Positions 11,735 to 26,631 of a DNA stretch of 64,000 nucleotides are shown piece after piece (position 1 is the first letter of the stretch; the number at the start of each line of letters is the position of its first letter). The DNA is from Octopus vulgaris (Eukaryota), in contig OX597823.1 in the NCBI GenBank assembly GCA_951406725.2, positions 8,618,001-8,682,000 on the forward strand, read 5' to 3'. Both the position numbers and the translations under genes were made by a program. The notes under the pieces were generated by a model. It had not been told where the DNA came from, searched no databases, and saw nothing but the letters and a program-made list of their open reading frames with translations.

Positions 11735-12504
11735 ATAATGAAATTTAAAATTTCTAAAGGTTAGTTGCCCGCTTTCAGTTCAATTTTCCTGTAACAAGTG
11801 GATTATAAGTGGATAAATCAGTGTATTGGCTTTAAAATAACCTTCTTTAGCCCTTAATTATAAGATGTTTACATGTATATATATATATATATTTATATAT
11901 ACATGTGTGTGTTGCGTGTGTGTATGTGTATGGTTGTGAGTGTAAGTATATCTGCACGTCGACTATAAAATCCAGGATTGTTATCGATGTGATAAATAGT
12001 AGCAGTCTAGCATAGAAATAGAGACAGAGTGAGTGAGTTTGTAGGCGAGTGCAGGAGTGAATGAATGAATGAATGAGTGCGAGATAGGTAGAAAGAAAAG
12101 AGAAAGAGGATAACCACATTTGAATAGCGAACACTGAAGCTCTTATTGCTGTCTCATTTTACGAACGTTACAGTTTCGCTTTTCAGAAAGGCTCATTCAT
12201 TGCTGTCTAATTTGTAAGTTGCAGTCGTCTACACATTTTATGATTTCTCCATTCTATTGTCAAACTGGTGAAAACCTGTTATTTGTTTGCGTTGTTAAGT
12301 TTCATAGAATAAAACTGCAGACATGATTATGGCTGCTTGGAATGTTATAGGCACATTAATGGCTGATAATATTATACGGTGCTCTAGTAAAACTCTTTGC
12401 TATTCTCTTATCTTTTAGAATTATCGAGAATTTTCCCTCTCTTTCATCCCATTTGTGAAAACCTCTTTTCCTTCACAATTCTCTACCATGTCTTCACTTA
12501 TGCG

Positions 12505-12880
<376 letters not shown>

Positions 12881-13865
12881 CATCATTCGTTCTTCTTTGT
12901 TATATTTTCATTACTTTTGCGGTTGCCGATCATACTTTAATTCTCTTATATTCACCTTGCTTATGTTTTAGTATGTGTTGCTTAAAATTTTTTTTTCCTG
13001 CAGCCTCCTGCTCTCCGTTCTGTCTCTGATACTTTCTCCTTCGTGGTTGCTGAGTAATACGTCAATTTCCAGGAAACAAGCTTTAGAATGACATTCATGA
13101 TACAGTACTGATGCTGTCTGTAATGGAAAACAACTGATTGTTAACAGAATGTTGTCTTAACATGAAGCAACGACCGATGAAATATTCGTTTCAGTTAGAA
13201 GGAAAATATCCCAATTTATTTCTTTCGCTATAGACTACGTTCTATAGTTCCTACCCTTGTTTGAGTCTGGTTACTCATGTCAACAACTGGCCAAACATAA
13301 AACTGACGATGAAAACAACACTGATGCTAATACTAATACCATGAAATATCTTCTACATTGATGTCATGTCCTGATAGAAATAACAGTTTCCCAAATGATT
13401 CTGCCACCTTAGACAAGAATGTCATACTATTTAAAAAGGTTCTGAAAGCAGGCTGCACTGACTGTTATACAGACAGGATGGATATGGTTTTAAAACCGTT
13501 TACTATAGATTTACTCGATTAGACCTGTCCTAGGGCTAAACAGCATATAATAGTAACAACAATGTTTCTTACAACGCCAGAGAAAATCAGTTTAATCAGA
13601 AGGACATGGTTCAAAGTTCGGTCCAATGAGTGGCACATTGAGTGTCTTCTACAACTGCAGGTTGACTAATATCATGTGAATGGATTTTTGGAAACTGAAA
13701 CGGCCCCCATCTTCGTCACATATAAACATAAGAGAGAAAGCCTAAGATCAATGCTGTCCTCTGTCAATGTCATCTTTAGAAATGTAATAAACTAGTGATT
13801 GCGCTGTGAGCAACACAAACTTTATACAGTTTATGTAAAAATAAAGGAATGAGTAAAATAATATA

Positions 13866-14085
13866 CTCTCTTTTACTCTTTTACTTGTTTCAGTCATTTG
13901 ACTGCGGCCATGCTGGAGCACCGCCTTTAGTCGAGCAAATCGACCCCGGGGCTTATTCTTTTGTAAGCCCAGTACTTATTCTATCGGTGTCTTTTGCCGA
14001 ACCGCTAAGTAACGGGGACTGAAACACACCAGCATCGGTAGTCAAGCAATGTTGGGGGGGGGGACAAACACAGACACACAAACAT

Positions 14086-14116
<31 letters not shown>

Positions 14117-14284
14117 CATATATATATACATATATACGACAGGCTTCTTTCAGTTTCCGTCTACCAAATCCACTCACAAGGCATTGGTTGGCCCGGGGCT
14201 ATAGCAGAAGACACTTGTCCAAGGTGCCACGCAGTGGGACTGAACCCGGAACCATGTGGCTGGTTAGCAAGCTACTTACCACAC
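13866..14284 (-). mobile_element. SINE family A, slightly 5'-truncated
   Basis: Sequence identity to the other family A copies. Confidence 0.9.
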
Positions 14285-14401
14285 GAGTTACGATACGTCG
14301 TTTGGTATCTATCTAATTCTGGTACGAAAACAATATAGACAAAGCAGGAGGAGCGCATTAGCATCATGACTATGCTGATGTCTTCTGTGAAAAACTTATA
14401 T

Positions 14402-14712
14402 GTGGAGGCACATGGTCTAGTGGTTAGATCAGTGGACTCGCGGTCGAGGGATCGCGGGTTCGAATCTCAGACCGGGCGATGTGTGTGTTTATGAGCGAAA
14501 CACCTAAGCTCTACGCTACTCCGGCAGAAGGTAATGGCGAACTTCTGCTGCCTTTTTTTTTTTTGCCACAGCTTCCTCTCACTCTTTCCTCCTGCATCTT
14601 GCAGCTCACCTGCGACGGACCGGCGTCCTGTCCAGGTGGGGAACCTATACGCGAAGGAAACCGGGAAACCGGCCCTTATGAGCCAGGCATGGCTCGAGAA
14701 GGACGGAAGGAA
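14402..14712 (+). mobile_element. SINE family B head with a different tail
   Basis: Same tRNA head as 8849. Tail cctgcgacggaccggcgtcctgtccagg..gaaaccgggaaaccggcccttatgagccaggcatggctcg. Confidence 0.8.
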
Positions 14713-15819
14713 TGACTGCATCTGTTTCAAAGAATACAGCGCAACGTATCTATATAATTAACCAGAAGGTCAGAAAGTCAGAAGAACGCTTCCACGTATA
14801 TTAGCTACTTTTTAAAATACGTAATCGAAACACCTACATGGAACCAATTTTGCGTGTCTCTTCTCTCACTATCTTGCATCATAATCACAACATATTTACA
14901 CACCTTGTCGTTGTTACTCGCAGAAACACAGTAAACGGAATCTCTTTCATAAATATCCAAGAGAGCAAATGAACTGCACGTAATAGATTTAAGCTTCATA
15001 AAAACCAGCAACACTGAACTAATCATTATTAAACTAATGAGCAACACTAAAATAATAGCTGCGAAATTACTCTCAAATTACACATTACCAGTTTAAATAG
15101 GAAGGATACCTTGGATAAATTGACTCTCGATGCTCTCTCTGAAAACAAAAATTCCAGGATGGTCACAGCTGTTATATGTCTGCTTGGCAAGGACTATTAT
15201 GACGCTAAAGAACAACATAGGAACAGTAACATATAGAACCAGCAAAATAAATAATGAGAAAGCCTGAATGTAATTGTTCGGGCGTCTATAAATAATAAAT
15301 AAATCTCCCTCGAAACAAATTCTACTCCATTAAGAAAGACATATGATAGTGTTTTTATGTAAATTATTCTAGAAAATCAACAAATGGATAGTCACAGCAT
15401 GAACATCAGTTTGGGGTTAAATACAGCTACACCATCATTATACTAGAATCTAAAAACATATCCTACAACACAAATTTAAAAATTTTAAACCGAAACATCT
15501 AGTTCGATAGCACTTTAACAATCTAATCCTATTCATGGGGAAAATAAAATTAGTAGTAAACTTATCAAGGAAATAAGATAAATAAATCAAAAAGCTAAAT
15601 TAGGAAAACGTAATTTAAACAGAAAAAAGTGATACACAAGCACGCGTACAAACACACACACATATACAAATATACATAACCATACATACGCATACATGCA
15701 CACACAGACAAACACACACATATATACATACAGGCACATATTTTGTATTTAAACCAAAACCTCAAACTTTCACTTCCGACAGGGAGCATATATTGCTTTA
15801 CTTACGTTTTTTAAAATGT

Positions 15820-16213
15820 TTTACTTGTTTCAATCATGTGACTGTGGCCATGCTGGAGCACCGCCTTTAGTCGAGCAAATCGACTCCAGGACCTATTCTT
15901 TGTAAGCCTAGTACTTATTCTATCGGACTCTTTTGCCGAACCGCTAAGTTACGGGGATGTAAACACTCCAGCATCGGTTGTCAAGCGATGTTGGGGGGAC
16001 AAACACAGACACACAAACATATACACACACATACATATATATAAACATATACATATATACGACGGGCGTCTTTCAGTTTCCGTCTGCCAAATCCACTCGC
16101 AAGGCTTGTGTCGGCCCGAGGCCATAGTAGAAGAAACTTGCCCAAGGTGCCACGCAGTGGGACTGAACCCGGAACCATGTGGCTGGTAAACAAGCTACTT
16201 ACCACACAGCCAC
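15820..16213 (-). mobile_element. SINE family A
   Basis: Sequence identity to the other family A copies. Confidence 0.88.
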
Positions 16214-16520
16214 GAAATTTCAAAATTACCAACATACAATGAAATATCTGAAGACTGAATGAATTATTGTAATCGCTATTAACTTCAACTACTGATATGA
16301 ACATAATCTGGAAACAGGTTTTATGTCTCCATTATACATACTATGACAACAAAAAGCCAAATAAAGCCTCCCTATTCTTCAATGTTCACCTTGATAAATC
16401 ATGAACAGACTTACCTTCGACATTACTAATCTGTATATTACTAATCCAGAACAAATAAATACATTACAAATTTTACGAAAGAAATATATGATGGATTTTA
16501 ACAATAAAGTAGTAATGATA

Positions 16521-16755
16521 AGGCGGCGAGCTGGCAGAAACGTTAGCACGCCGGGCGAAATGCTTAGCGGTATTTCGTCTGCGTTACGTTGTGAGTTCAA
16601 ATTCCGCCGAGGTCGACTTTGCCTTTCATCCTTTCGGGGTCGATAAATTAAGTACCAGTTACGAATTGGGGTCGATGTAATCGACTTAATACCGATGTCT
16701 GTCCTTGTTTGTTCCCTCTGTGTTTAGCCCCTTGTGGGTAATAAAGAAATAAGTA
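16521..16755 (+). mobile_element. tRNA-derived SINE family C with a MetaSINE-like central domain
   Basis: agctggcagaaacgttagc..gagttcaaattccgcc, then gactttgcctttcatcctttcggggtcgataaattaagtaccag. A-rich tail. Confidence 0.75.
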
Positions 16756-17450
16756 ATGATAACAACTTACTATTCCATTTGTACTAATCTCTTATACACG
16801 CTTCAATATACCCTCCTAAAGAAACAATACAAAACGTTGACCAGGAGACAATTTCTAAGGGATGAAGCAAACCTACACAACAGAGAGTTACAATCTCTCA
16901 CATGGATTTCAACAAAAACCCCTCTCTTACCAAATTATTTTATCCTATAATCTACACATTTTCCCATGACTACAAAACACAAAAGCTCTCATATGAAAAT
17001 CCTCCAATACTACAATACCAATCACCTAGCAACATGTTACCATGACAATATACATACAGCAGCAACTACCGAATCCATGATCCGTCTCTTTAGAAGAATA
17101 TCAAATATTTTCTGACAGTATCAAATATATATATAAACATCACAGTGTGCAGTATAAACATACCACATAGAAAGTACAAACATTCTTGTGGTTACACGTA
17201 TCACATCTACAGCACTAATTGCATACAGAGCGTAATAATGCAATGCAAGCGGAACATATACAAATATACTTAAATCTCTCTAAGGACTGCATTTTATTGC
17301 CACCTTTAAAGACAAAATAATAGTGGAGAACAAAAATTTATTATGATAATTATAGACAATATCAGCCGTGTAGTCCACAAAATGAAAATAAGTTAAAACT
17401 ATTCTGGCCTGTTTTGATTGCGCACTAAATGCTCTCAAAATCTATATATA

Positions 17451-17859
17451 GGCGCAGGAGTGGCTGTGTGGTAAGTAGCTTGCTAACCAACCACATGGTT
17501 CCGGGTTCAGTCCCACTGCGTGGCATCTTGGGCAAGTGTCTTCTGCTATAGCCCCGGGCCAACCAATGCCTTGTGAGTGGATTTGGTAGACGGAAACTGA
17601 AAGAAGCCTGTCGTATATATGTAAATATATATATGTGTGTGTGTGTGTGTTTGTGTGTCTGTGTTTGTCCCCTAGCATTGCTTGACAACCTATGCTGGTG
17701 TGTTTACGTCCCCGTCACTTAGCGGTTCGGCAAAAGAGACCGATAGAATAAGTACTGGGCTTACAAAGAATAAATCCCGGGGTCGATTTGATCGACTAAA
17801 GGCGGTGCTCCAGCATGGCCGCAGTCAAATGACTGAAACAAGTAAAAGAGTAAAAGAGT
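17451..17859 (+). mobile_element. SINE family A, full length
   Basis: Complete copy from head to tail on the plus strand. Confidence 0.92.
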
Positions 17860-18069
17860 ATACAACAAAGCAAAAGTTCTAAATCGCCGGTCATGGTCAA
17901 TATATATTGCAGAAAATAGCAGTTCTAACGGTTCCTATCATCTCATGCACTGATTACTCTGAAACCTTAGAGACATCTAAAACATCACAGAACATTACAA
18001 CCGTAGCATTCTAAGATCACTGTGTCCAGAACACCTTAAAATTACCATTAGAAATACATACTTCGTTTC

Positions 18070-18560
18070 ATACCCTCTCTTTTCCCCTTTTCTTCGTATC
18101 TTCATCACCTGCCCTTCTTTCACGCTTCCATTCCCCCTTTTCTCTCATCTCTCCCTCACTCTCTCTCCTTCTCTTTCCTATCTTTCTCCTTTTCTCGCCT
18201 ATCTTTCCCTTCTTTTGTCTCTCTCTACCTTTACCTCACTCCTTCTCATCTCTCCCTCATATATTTCTCATTTTCCCTCCTTCTCCTCACTCTGTCTCTC
18301 CCCTTCTCGCATATTATCTCCATTCTCTTCTCTTTCCCTCACACTGTCTCTCTTTCTATTCTCCTTCCTCTCCCTTTCTCTGTCTTCCTATCATTCCATA
18401 CCGCCCTTTCACTTTCCTTCATATCATCCTCTCTTTTTCTTTCTCCCTATCGCTCCAGATTCCCTTTTCTTTTCCGTTCATCTCTCTCTCTTTCCCTCTC
18501 CCTCCCTCTGTCTTTCCTTTTTCTCTATCTCCCCTTGTTTCCGTCACTTCCTCTCCCCCT
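18070..18560. repeat. Polypyrimidine/polypurine low-complexity tract (similar GA-rich tracts at 5890-6170 and 7500-8030)
   Basis: About 490 bp, strongly C/T-biased. Confidence 0.85.
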
Positions 18561-18569
18561 CTGGGTTTA

Positions 18570-20710
18570 GAAAAAGATGATGGCACCGAAGAACTGAAAC
18601 TTATATTGCGAGTATGGTCAATGGCTAGCAGCGATCCTCCAAACAACATCATTACTGCTGCACTGAAGGACAAGGGTTTATGTAGAACCACTACGCAGAG
18701 AGAACGGAGGAAATTATCCGATCTTATGTCTTTATTAGACCACACGTTGACACTCTTGATGTCAGCATGGGAGACAACTGTGACAAGGCTGATAAGAATA
18801 GGGAAGTTAAAGCAATAACCTGATGTCCCTCTGATCCAGTGGTCCCACAAAAGAATAGATCCCCCACGCCTGTGAACAACCATACTGGTAAGGATAAGGA
18901 AGATGAAGAAGCAACAACCAGAAGTCCCTCTGTGCCAGTGGTCCCACAAAAGAATGGAGCCCTCACCCCTATGGGCAACCAGAGGTATGCAAGGGCTACC
19001 ACCAGTAAAGGAAAGAAAGACCACAGGCAAAAACATAAAAAAGAAAGAGAAGAGGAGGGAAAAAGAAAAGATGAAACACCTAAAACTAAAGCCGAAACCC
19101 CAAACCATCAAACAAAAAAACAAAAAAGCCAAAATATGGAGGTTCCAAGGGAATCTTCAACTCTAGAAGAGAATAAAAATTTCGAGTGAAGATGAAGATG
19201 TGAAAATGTTGGCATGAATAAGACGGTACAAACTTCTGGTTTCCTCAACCGAGACGCCGCCAAAACTGTTGGGACCTTAAGGAGAAATACTTTCCAGAAG
19301 GTAAGGAACCAGTTCTCTTGAAAGATAAAATATGCAGATGCACTGTGCTCTTCAGATGTTATGCAAAAAGCAGTAGCTGAGCAAGAGACTTTTTTTGTGC
19401 ATGGCACAAAATATTGTGCAGCGGCTGACCTGGCTACAGCAAGCGCAAACACGGAACCTTGCCCACAAGTGCGGAAGAGCACCACAGTCAACAAACACGG
19501 GATGGCCTCCCCTAATGCCAGCACAGTCGTTAAGCCAATATTTGTACTAAATAGTGGAGGCCTGTTGCATGACAACAAAACTCAGACTCATTTTTCGGAG
19601 AGACCATGTTGAATGCACTCGTCTGAGGCCTGATATAGAGAATCCAGAACACGTAACAAAATATACCATACTGCGACAGACGGAAGGGAAAGGAGTCATG
19701 GAAGAATTGCTGCACACATCCGCGAGGACTTCACATCACAGGTCCTACAGTCATACACAATTTCAGAATGTGACACTCGAGTTGCGTAAATAAAACAATA
19801 TAGTATACTCTTTTACTTGTTTCAGTCATTTGACTGCGGCCATGCTGGAGCACCGCTTTTAGTCGAGCAAATCGACCCCGGGACTTATTCTTTGTAAGCC
19901 CAGTACTTATTCTATCGGTCTCTTTTGCCGAGCCGCTAAGTTACAGGGACGTAAACACACCAGCATCGGTTGTCAAGCAATGCTAGGGGGGCAAACACAG
20001 ATACACAAACACACACATACACATATATATATATACATATATACGACAGGCTTTCAGTTTCCGTCTACCAAATCCACTCACAAGGCATTGGTCGGCCCGG
20101 GGCTGTAGCAGAAGACACTTGCGCAAGATGCCACGCAGTGGGAGTGAAACCGGAACCATGTGGCTGGTTAGCAAGCTACTTACCACACAGCCACTCATGC
20201 GCCTATGAATGTGTTTCTTATGAGTGATTTCAAATGCCCAGTGTCAAATGCCCAGTGTCAAATGGCCTGCAATGCTCTCATGAATGACTCATTGCAAACA
20301 AGTACAGGTGGAGTCCCTGCTCAAGCTCACCTGTGTCATATTCATGGAGCAAATTGTTCTCCGACTAAACAGGGCGAATAACATATTGGGTCTCTGCTTC
20401 ACAAACAATATGGACATCGTTCATGGTGTGAAGGTAACGTCGACATTAGGATCATAACATTCGGATCATAACATAATAGAGTAGTCTATGTATGGACCAA
20501 AAGTAACCAGAGACATACAGCCTGAAGGAAGCACCCGAAATCTCTCCAATCTGAACTTCCACAAAACAGACTGGAAATCGATTCAAGAAGTGATCCTCAG
20601 TCATGACCTACTGAAATGTATCTGCACATCAGACATTGACATGAAAATAGAATATTTCATGTCTGTTATGCAAACTATATGTCAGAAATATGTGCCAGAG
20701 CACAGATGAG
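18570..20710 (+). mobile_element. Degraded CR1-like LINE 5' half (putative ORF1 and APE endonuclease remnants), interrupted by a SINE
   Basis: Basic ORF1-like stretch with an internal repeat (ccagtggtcccacaaaagaat x2). EN-like IFVLNSGGL..RPDIEN..KYTILR. After the SINE, EQIV..NILGLCFTNN..DHNII and NFHKTDWKSI. Confidence 0.6.
19808..20203 (-). mobile_element. SINE family A nested in the LINE
   Basis: Sequence identity to the other family A copies. Confidence 0.9.
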
Positions 20711-20769
20711 ACTATCCCAATACACAAGATCACCACATTAAATGGACCCAAGGTGGACAAGACTGGCAA

Positions 20770-23712
20770 ACAACACAGATGGTGCTCTTACTGAACATCA
20801 AAGGACTGTTAACACTTAGTATCGGGACTTTAATTCCTTTCCCGAGGGACCTTGTTGCTTGCAATCAAGCCTTTTTGTCACACTCAAATTCAGAGATGAT
20901 CCACTAATTGTACACATAAGACAACTCAATGTAGTTATATGTATTACATATCGCCCTCCAGCTACGCTGAATCACGCGGACAAGTATGAAGACTGCCTTA
21001 CAAAAACAGAAGTTCTAGTTATATTAGAATAACTTATAAATGTACTTCTTATGGGAGACTTCAATCTACCCAATGTCGGATGGCCTGAGAGCCTTTCTCT
21101 CCCATGAATCCCACGTTGCGAAAAAGGATACGTGAAGTCCCTCTTGAACCTCATCAACATGGAACAAATTGTACTCCAACCAACCAGGGCAGGTAATATA
21201 CCGGATCTCCTCTTCACGAATGATGTGCATCTTATCTATAATGTGAAAGTGTCACCGACCCTCGGAGAATAATATGGCAGTGCTGACCATGTACGGACCA
21301 AAGGAAACCATGGACATGCAACCTACAAGAAACTCTTAACATATTTCCAGTTTGAACTTCCATAACGCAAACTGGAAACAAATTAAGAAAGATATCCTCA
21401 AACAAAACTGGACTAAGTGTCTCTCCTCACTGGACATGAAACTTCAACAATTCATGTCTGTAATGCAAACTGTATGCTACAAATGTGTCCCTGAGAGGAA
21501 GGCCACTGTACACACGAACAAAATACCCGGGCAGAGGAAAGTTCTTATGAGACATCCTACAAACATTTCAATTTGCCTAAACAAACAAATTGAAAGCAGC
21601 GAAAAATCCCGCCTGAAAATACGACTACTGGGGACTGAAAAAAATCTGCAACTCTCCCATGAAAAAGAAAGGGCAGGCAAAGAAGTCTGGGCTATAGACA
21701 ATATAAAATCACAACCCAGAGCCTTCTACAAGTTTGCCAAAGAAGCAACCTCTGTGCACTGCAGGGTAGGGCCACTCTTCGAAAATTCGAGATCCACATT
21801 TGATTTGTTGAACATTTCTTTCAACACCAAGTCATAGTGTTGTAAGAGCTGAGTCAGGCAGCTTATTCGTGTTGGGTGTCAGTCAGCAAGTCATTTTCCT
21901 CAAGGAACGTGGTGTGTTTTCTTCTGACTATTCCTTCCATGACTTTGCTGATGTGCGAGGTCAGAGAGATAGGTCTGTAATCTTTGGTCTCTGCTCTGCT
22001 ACGTCTTTTATGAATATGGCATATTTTGCCTTCCGTCAGCTTGCTTGGAAATTTGCCAGTTGCAAGGAAACTCTAGAAGAGAGACTACAGTGGTCTTGCT
22101 AGGACTCGTTTACATAATTTTAGAAAAATGGATGGGAATCAATTAGAGCCAGAGTTCGTGTTCATCTCATCTATAGCCCTTATTACATCGTCTTCTTTTA
22201 TATTGATGTAATCAATCACCCCTGCATCTGCTTTTATATCTGAAGTGGCGAAAAAGTCAGTTGGGTTGTTGACTTGCAAGTGTCCTGTGGGTGGAGTGAA
22301 AACATATTTGAATTGCTCATTTAATATTTCACTTATCACTCACAGGAAACCCAATGAGGATAAGTGAAATATTAAATGAGCAATTCAAATATGTTTTCAC
22401 TCCACCCACAGGACACTTGCAAGTCAACAACCCAACTGACTTTTTCGCCACTTCAGATATAAACTTGGTGTTGAAAGAACTGTTCAACAAATCAAATGTG
22501 GATCTCGAATTTGCAAAGGCTTTTGATAAAATCGATCATGGAATGTTGTCACAAACTACGTGATTTCGGTATAGTCAAGAAATTGGGAGAGTGGCAGCAT
22601 GACTTTCTGAAAGATAGACGTCAAGCAGTAGTAGACACTAGTGCCACCTCCATCGACACGCAAATAGTGAATGGTGTTCCGCAAGGTACCGTTTTGGGAT
22701 CACTGCTGTTCATAATGGACCTCTCAGATATGTCCCGAGTCACACAGAGCGCCACGATCACAAGTTACGCAGATGATACAAAAGTTTCACATATGATATA
22801 GAACACTGATGAAGTTATGCACCTGCAACATAAGTTAGATGAAATATACAAGTTGGCTACAAAGAATAGCATGAAGTTTAATGCTGAAAACTTTCAAGCC
22901 CTATACTATCAGCATGCAAAACTAAATGCAATACCAATTAAATACACTAGACATGGAAGGATTGCAATCCCAGAGACACTCAATGCAAAACTTGGGTATT
23001 TAAATGACCAATGATCCATCCTAATGTTGCTATGTTGGCAATGAAATGCAGGTGGCTGACCGGATGGATTCTTAGAACTTTTAAAACGAGAGATCAGGAA
23101 ACAATGATGGTCCTCTAGAGGACATTTCTCCTAAGCCACTTTGACTATTGTTACCAGCTATGATCACCAGCCAATGTGAAATTAATTGCAGAACTTGAGG
23201 CAATCCAACGAAGCTACAGGAAGAATATAGCCTCTATGTAGCATATAAGCTACTGGGAAAGACTCAAGAGCGTAGGTAGGAAAGATATGCCGCAATAAAC
23301 ATCTCGGGAGTTACTGGAGACACTTGTCCCAAGCTTTGGCATTGAGAGTTACACACATGCTAGAACGGGGCACCATTGCATAGTGCCAAAGTCTCCAACA
23401 TTGCCATCTAAATATAGGGCAAGATATTGCAACAGACTGGGCTTTAAAGGCCCACAATACTTGAATATCCTCCCGAAGGACATGAGAGATCTGCGCGAGG
23501 TGGATGTGTTTTCAAAACAAAATACATCTCTTACTGTCAAGTGTCCCAGATGAACTAACTTCACAACAGGAAGTGCAAATAAAGGCAGCGTCGTCAAAAC
23601 TCCCTCATGCACCAAATGTTAATTTCGAGAAAGAATTAGTGAAGTAAAAATTGCGTAGCAACACCAAATGGTGAAGCCCCAGCGTGGCTACAGCTCGTAA
23701 GCTGAAACTAGT
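20770..23712 (+). mobile_element. Degraded CR1-like LINE ORF2 (EN plus RT) with an internal inverted duplication and recognisable 3' tail
   Basis: YRPP, MGDFNLP, NFHNANW, EFAKAFDKIDH, GVPQGTVLGSLLF, YADDTK, LEAIQRSY. Tail ccccagcgtggctacagctcgtaagctgaaac. Many stops and frameshifts. Confidence 0.88.
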
Positions 23713-23728
23713 TCAATACAATTCATAT

Positions 23729-23812
<84 letters not shown>

Positions 23813-23852
23813 GTGCATACAGAAATATATCTGTATATGTATATATCTATAG

Positions 23853-23903
<51 letters not shown>

Positions 23904-25123
23904 CATACACACACAGAAACGCGCGCACACACACATACATACATATATAATTTATATGTACATATAAATTGTTACACTAGATAATAATAGAGTCAAGGAT
24001 ATCTTCGCAAATATTTCTTCTTGAATTATTGCTCCGTATTGACAATATATACATAAATATATAAACATATATGGATACATAAATATATATATACATACAT
24101 CATATATATATGTATATATATATATATATATACATACATATATACATGTATATATCTATACATGCATGTGTGTGTGCGTGTGATGTATGTGTTGCATAAT
24201 TGTAGACAGAGAAGCGAAATTATGTTTCCGCTGTCACAGTACTTATTTATTTTTAAGAATTACATCAAAGATTTCTAACCCTACCGCTGGTGTACAGTAC
24301 TTCCTGTGTCTAGCAGAACTTATATTATCTCGATATTATGACATCCGGTGTCTGTCCCTTATGAAGGTGACTATAATTATTTGTTTCTCTAAGAAGGCGA
24401 AATGAAATCACTGTTCTAACTTATAATTTATTTTATTCCGACGAGTTTCGGATATAAGGATAGAATTAGCTTTGAACTTAATAGAAGAATTATACGACCA
24501 GAAGACAATTCTTGACCATTTAACAATTGTTATTTCTCACTCTCTGTTTTTATAAAGTTGAATTAAATGTTATTTCTCTTTTATTAGGCGCATGTGTGAG
24601 CCATATACGTATAATATATGCCAAAAATCCTTAAGATATTTGTGCCTTTTGATATGTTTCGTTGGTTTGAAAATATTTGTAACTTTTACACTAAATGAGC
24701 TGATATCTCTTGCGGTAAGCTTACCTGTGTGTTAACGTTGACTGAGGAAAATATTTCCAATTATGGCATCCTCCCTCGAGTAGTCGTTTTAAAGGCATGT
24801 AAGACTACATTATCCAATGTATCCTTGCCATGAAATGCATGCATTTTCACTTTTCAACCCGTTTTTGGTTGGCATTTACCAATTCCTCTCTTCCTTGATG
24901 TAGTTCACATTCTACCAAATACATTCCAGCTTTGAAAAACTCGTGTTATTGGAGTTTTCTAGATCTATATTACACAATGTATATTTTAGTGTTCAAACGG
25001 TTAGTGTAGCATGAAGGCCATTTGACTGCGATTTCCAACGAATGTATGACCACATGGAGACTTCTGGTTTGTATTCAAAGCGTTAAAATAAATAATACAC
25101 AATAAACTCAATAGACTATTTTT

Positions 25124-25506
25124 GGAAGCACTCCGTCGATTACGACGACGAGGGTTCCGGTTGATCCGATCAACGGAACAGCCTGCTCGTGAAATTAACG
25201 TGCAAGTGGCTGAGCACTCCACAGACACGTGTACCTTTAACGTAATTCTCGGGGAGATTCAGTGTGACACAGAGAGTGACAAGGCTGGCCCTTTGAAATA
25301 CAGGTACAACAGAAACAGGAAGTAAGAGTGAGAGAAAGTTGTGGTGAAAGAGTACAGCAGGGATCACCACCATCCCCTGCCGGAGCCTCGTGGAGCTTTA
25401 GGTGTTTTCGCTAAATAAACACTCACAACGCCCGGTCTGGGAATCAAAACCGCGATCCTATGAGCGCGAGTCCGCTGCCCTAACCACTGGGCCATTGCGC
25501 CTCCAC
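25124..25506 (-). mobile_element. SINE family B head with a third tail type and 11-bp TSD
   Basis: TSD AGACTATTTTT at 25113-25123 and 25507-25517. Head gtggaggcgcaatggcccagtggttagggcagcggactcg. Confidence 0.88.
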
Positions 25507-26631
25507 AGACTATTTTTATACAAATAGAAAAAAGAAATAATGTTAATAATGTGATTCTCCTCTAATATGCATCTAATAAAGCTTTGGGCTTGATTATTTG
25601 TAATATTTTCACTACTAAAAATTACTACATTAGCGTAACACGTGGTAATCAGAAATAAAATGTTAAGTTCTTTGTGAGGTATGTATGTTTGTCAGGTTAA
25701 GTTCTTTGTGAAACAGGAATTCACTTTTTACCCGAAAATGTTCATTTTATCATTAAATGCAATATGAAATAAGAACCTGACAAACCATAGACTACATATT
25801 ATCGTTTAATAAATATATTACAGATGTTTAATTACATATTTTAGGATAGATATTTCTTTCAACCTGGAGTTTTAGTTACTCAAGGAGTGAAGTTTATCTT
25901 TACTCCTTTGCTTGAATAACTTGCATCACAACAGTCTCTTTGCAGACAGCAACAATAGTCAGCCATTATGTTTGTGTTTCATCTGCTCTGATACCTAGTC
26001 ACAATGGTTTCGATGTCTTGATAGAATATTTCTCCTTGTTTATCACATATTGTACTATGACTTTCAGGGAAATAATCCAGTTGTTGGCTGTACTAGAAAT
26101 GCACTTTTACGTTCATGTCACAACCAAATGCTCGAAAACTGGTTAACACAGTCTGCACTAGTTCTTCATAATTTGATAACACCTTGTTTCCAAGGATATC
26201 AAACTCAACTGCATCAAAAGCATACTTTTTCAACCTCAGACATTGTCTCCAAAACTGTTCGTTCTACAATAACTACCTAATCTGTGCCTCGTCAAACGCA
26301 CCAAACTGGAAATTTAATACTTGAATCAGTTGCTGTCTCAGTGTTTTAACACATATTTTACACATTATTTAGGGTTCCCAGACTTTGTCTTGGTCACTCA
26401 GTTTCATTGCAAATAATTGGGTCTGCATTTGATGCTCAATAGATGGGTCTGCATTTGATGAAGCCAAATTGATTCTTACAAATGGTGACAGTACGGGTTA
26501 TGTTAAAAGACAGACATTTAGGTTTGTGAAAAATCTTGATAAAGTAAGATGGACTTCAATTTTGAAATCAGCACCTCATTATTACTAGGAAATATGTCTC
26601 CAAAATCAGAAACAAAATCTATGACCTACAG

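Noticed and set aside
17451-17520. tRNA genes at the SINE heads
   Set aside because: A/B boxes are present but there is no complete cloverleaf, and each continues into a SINE body.
18839-19189. Lys/Glu-rich ORF as a host gene
   Set aside because: It lies directly upstream of LINE endonuclease remnants and is best explained as decayed ORF1.
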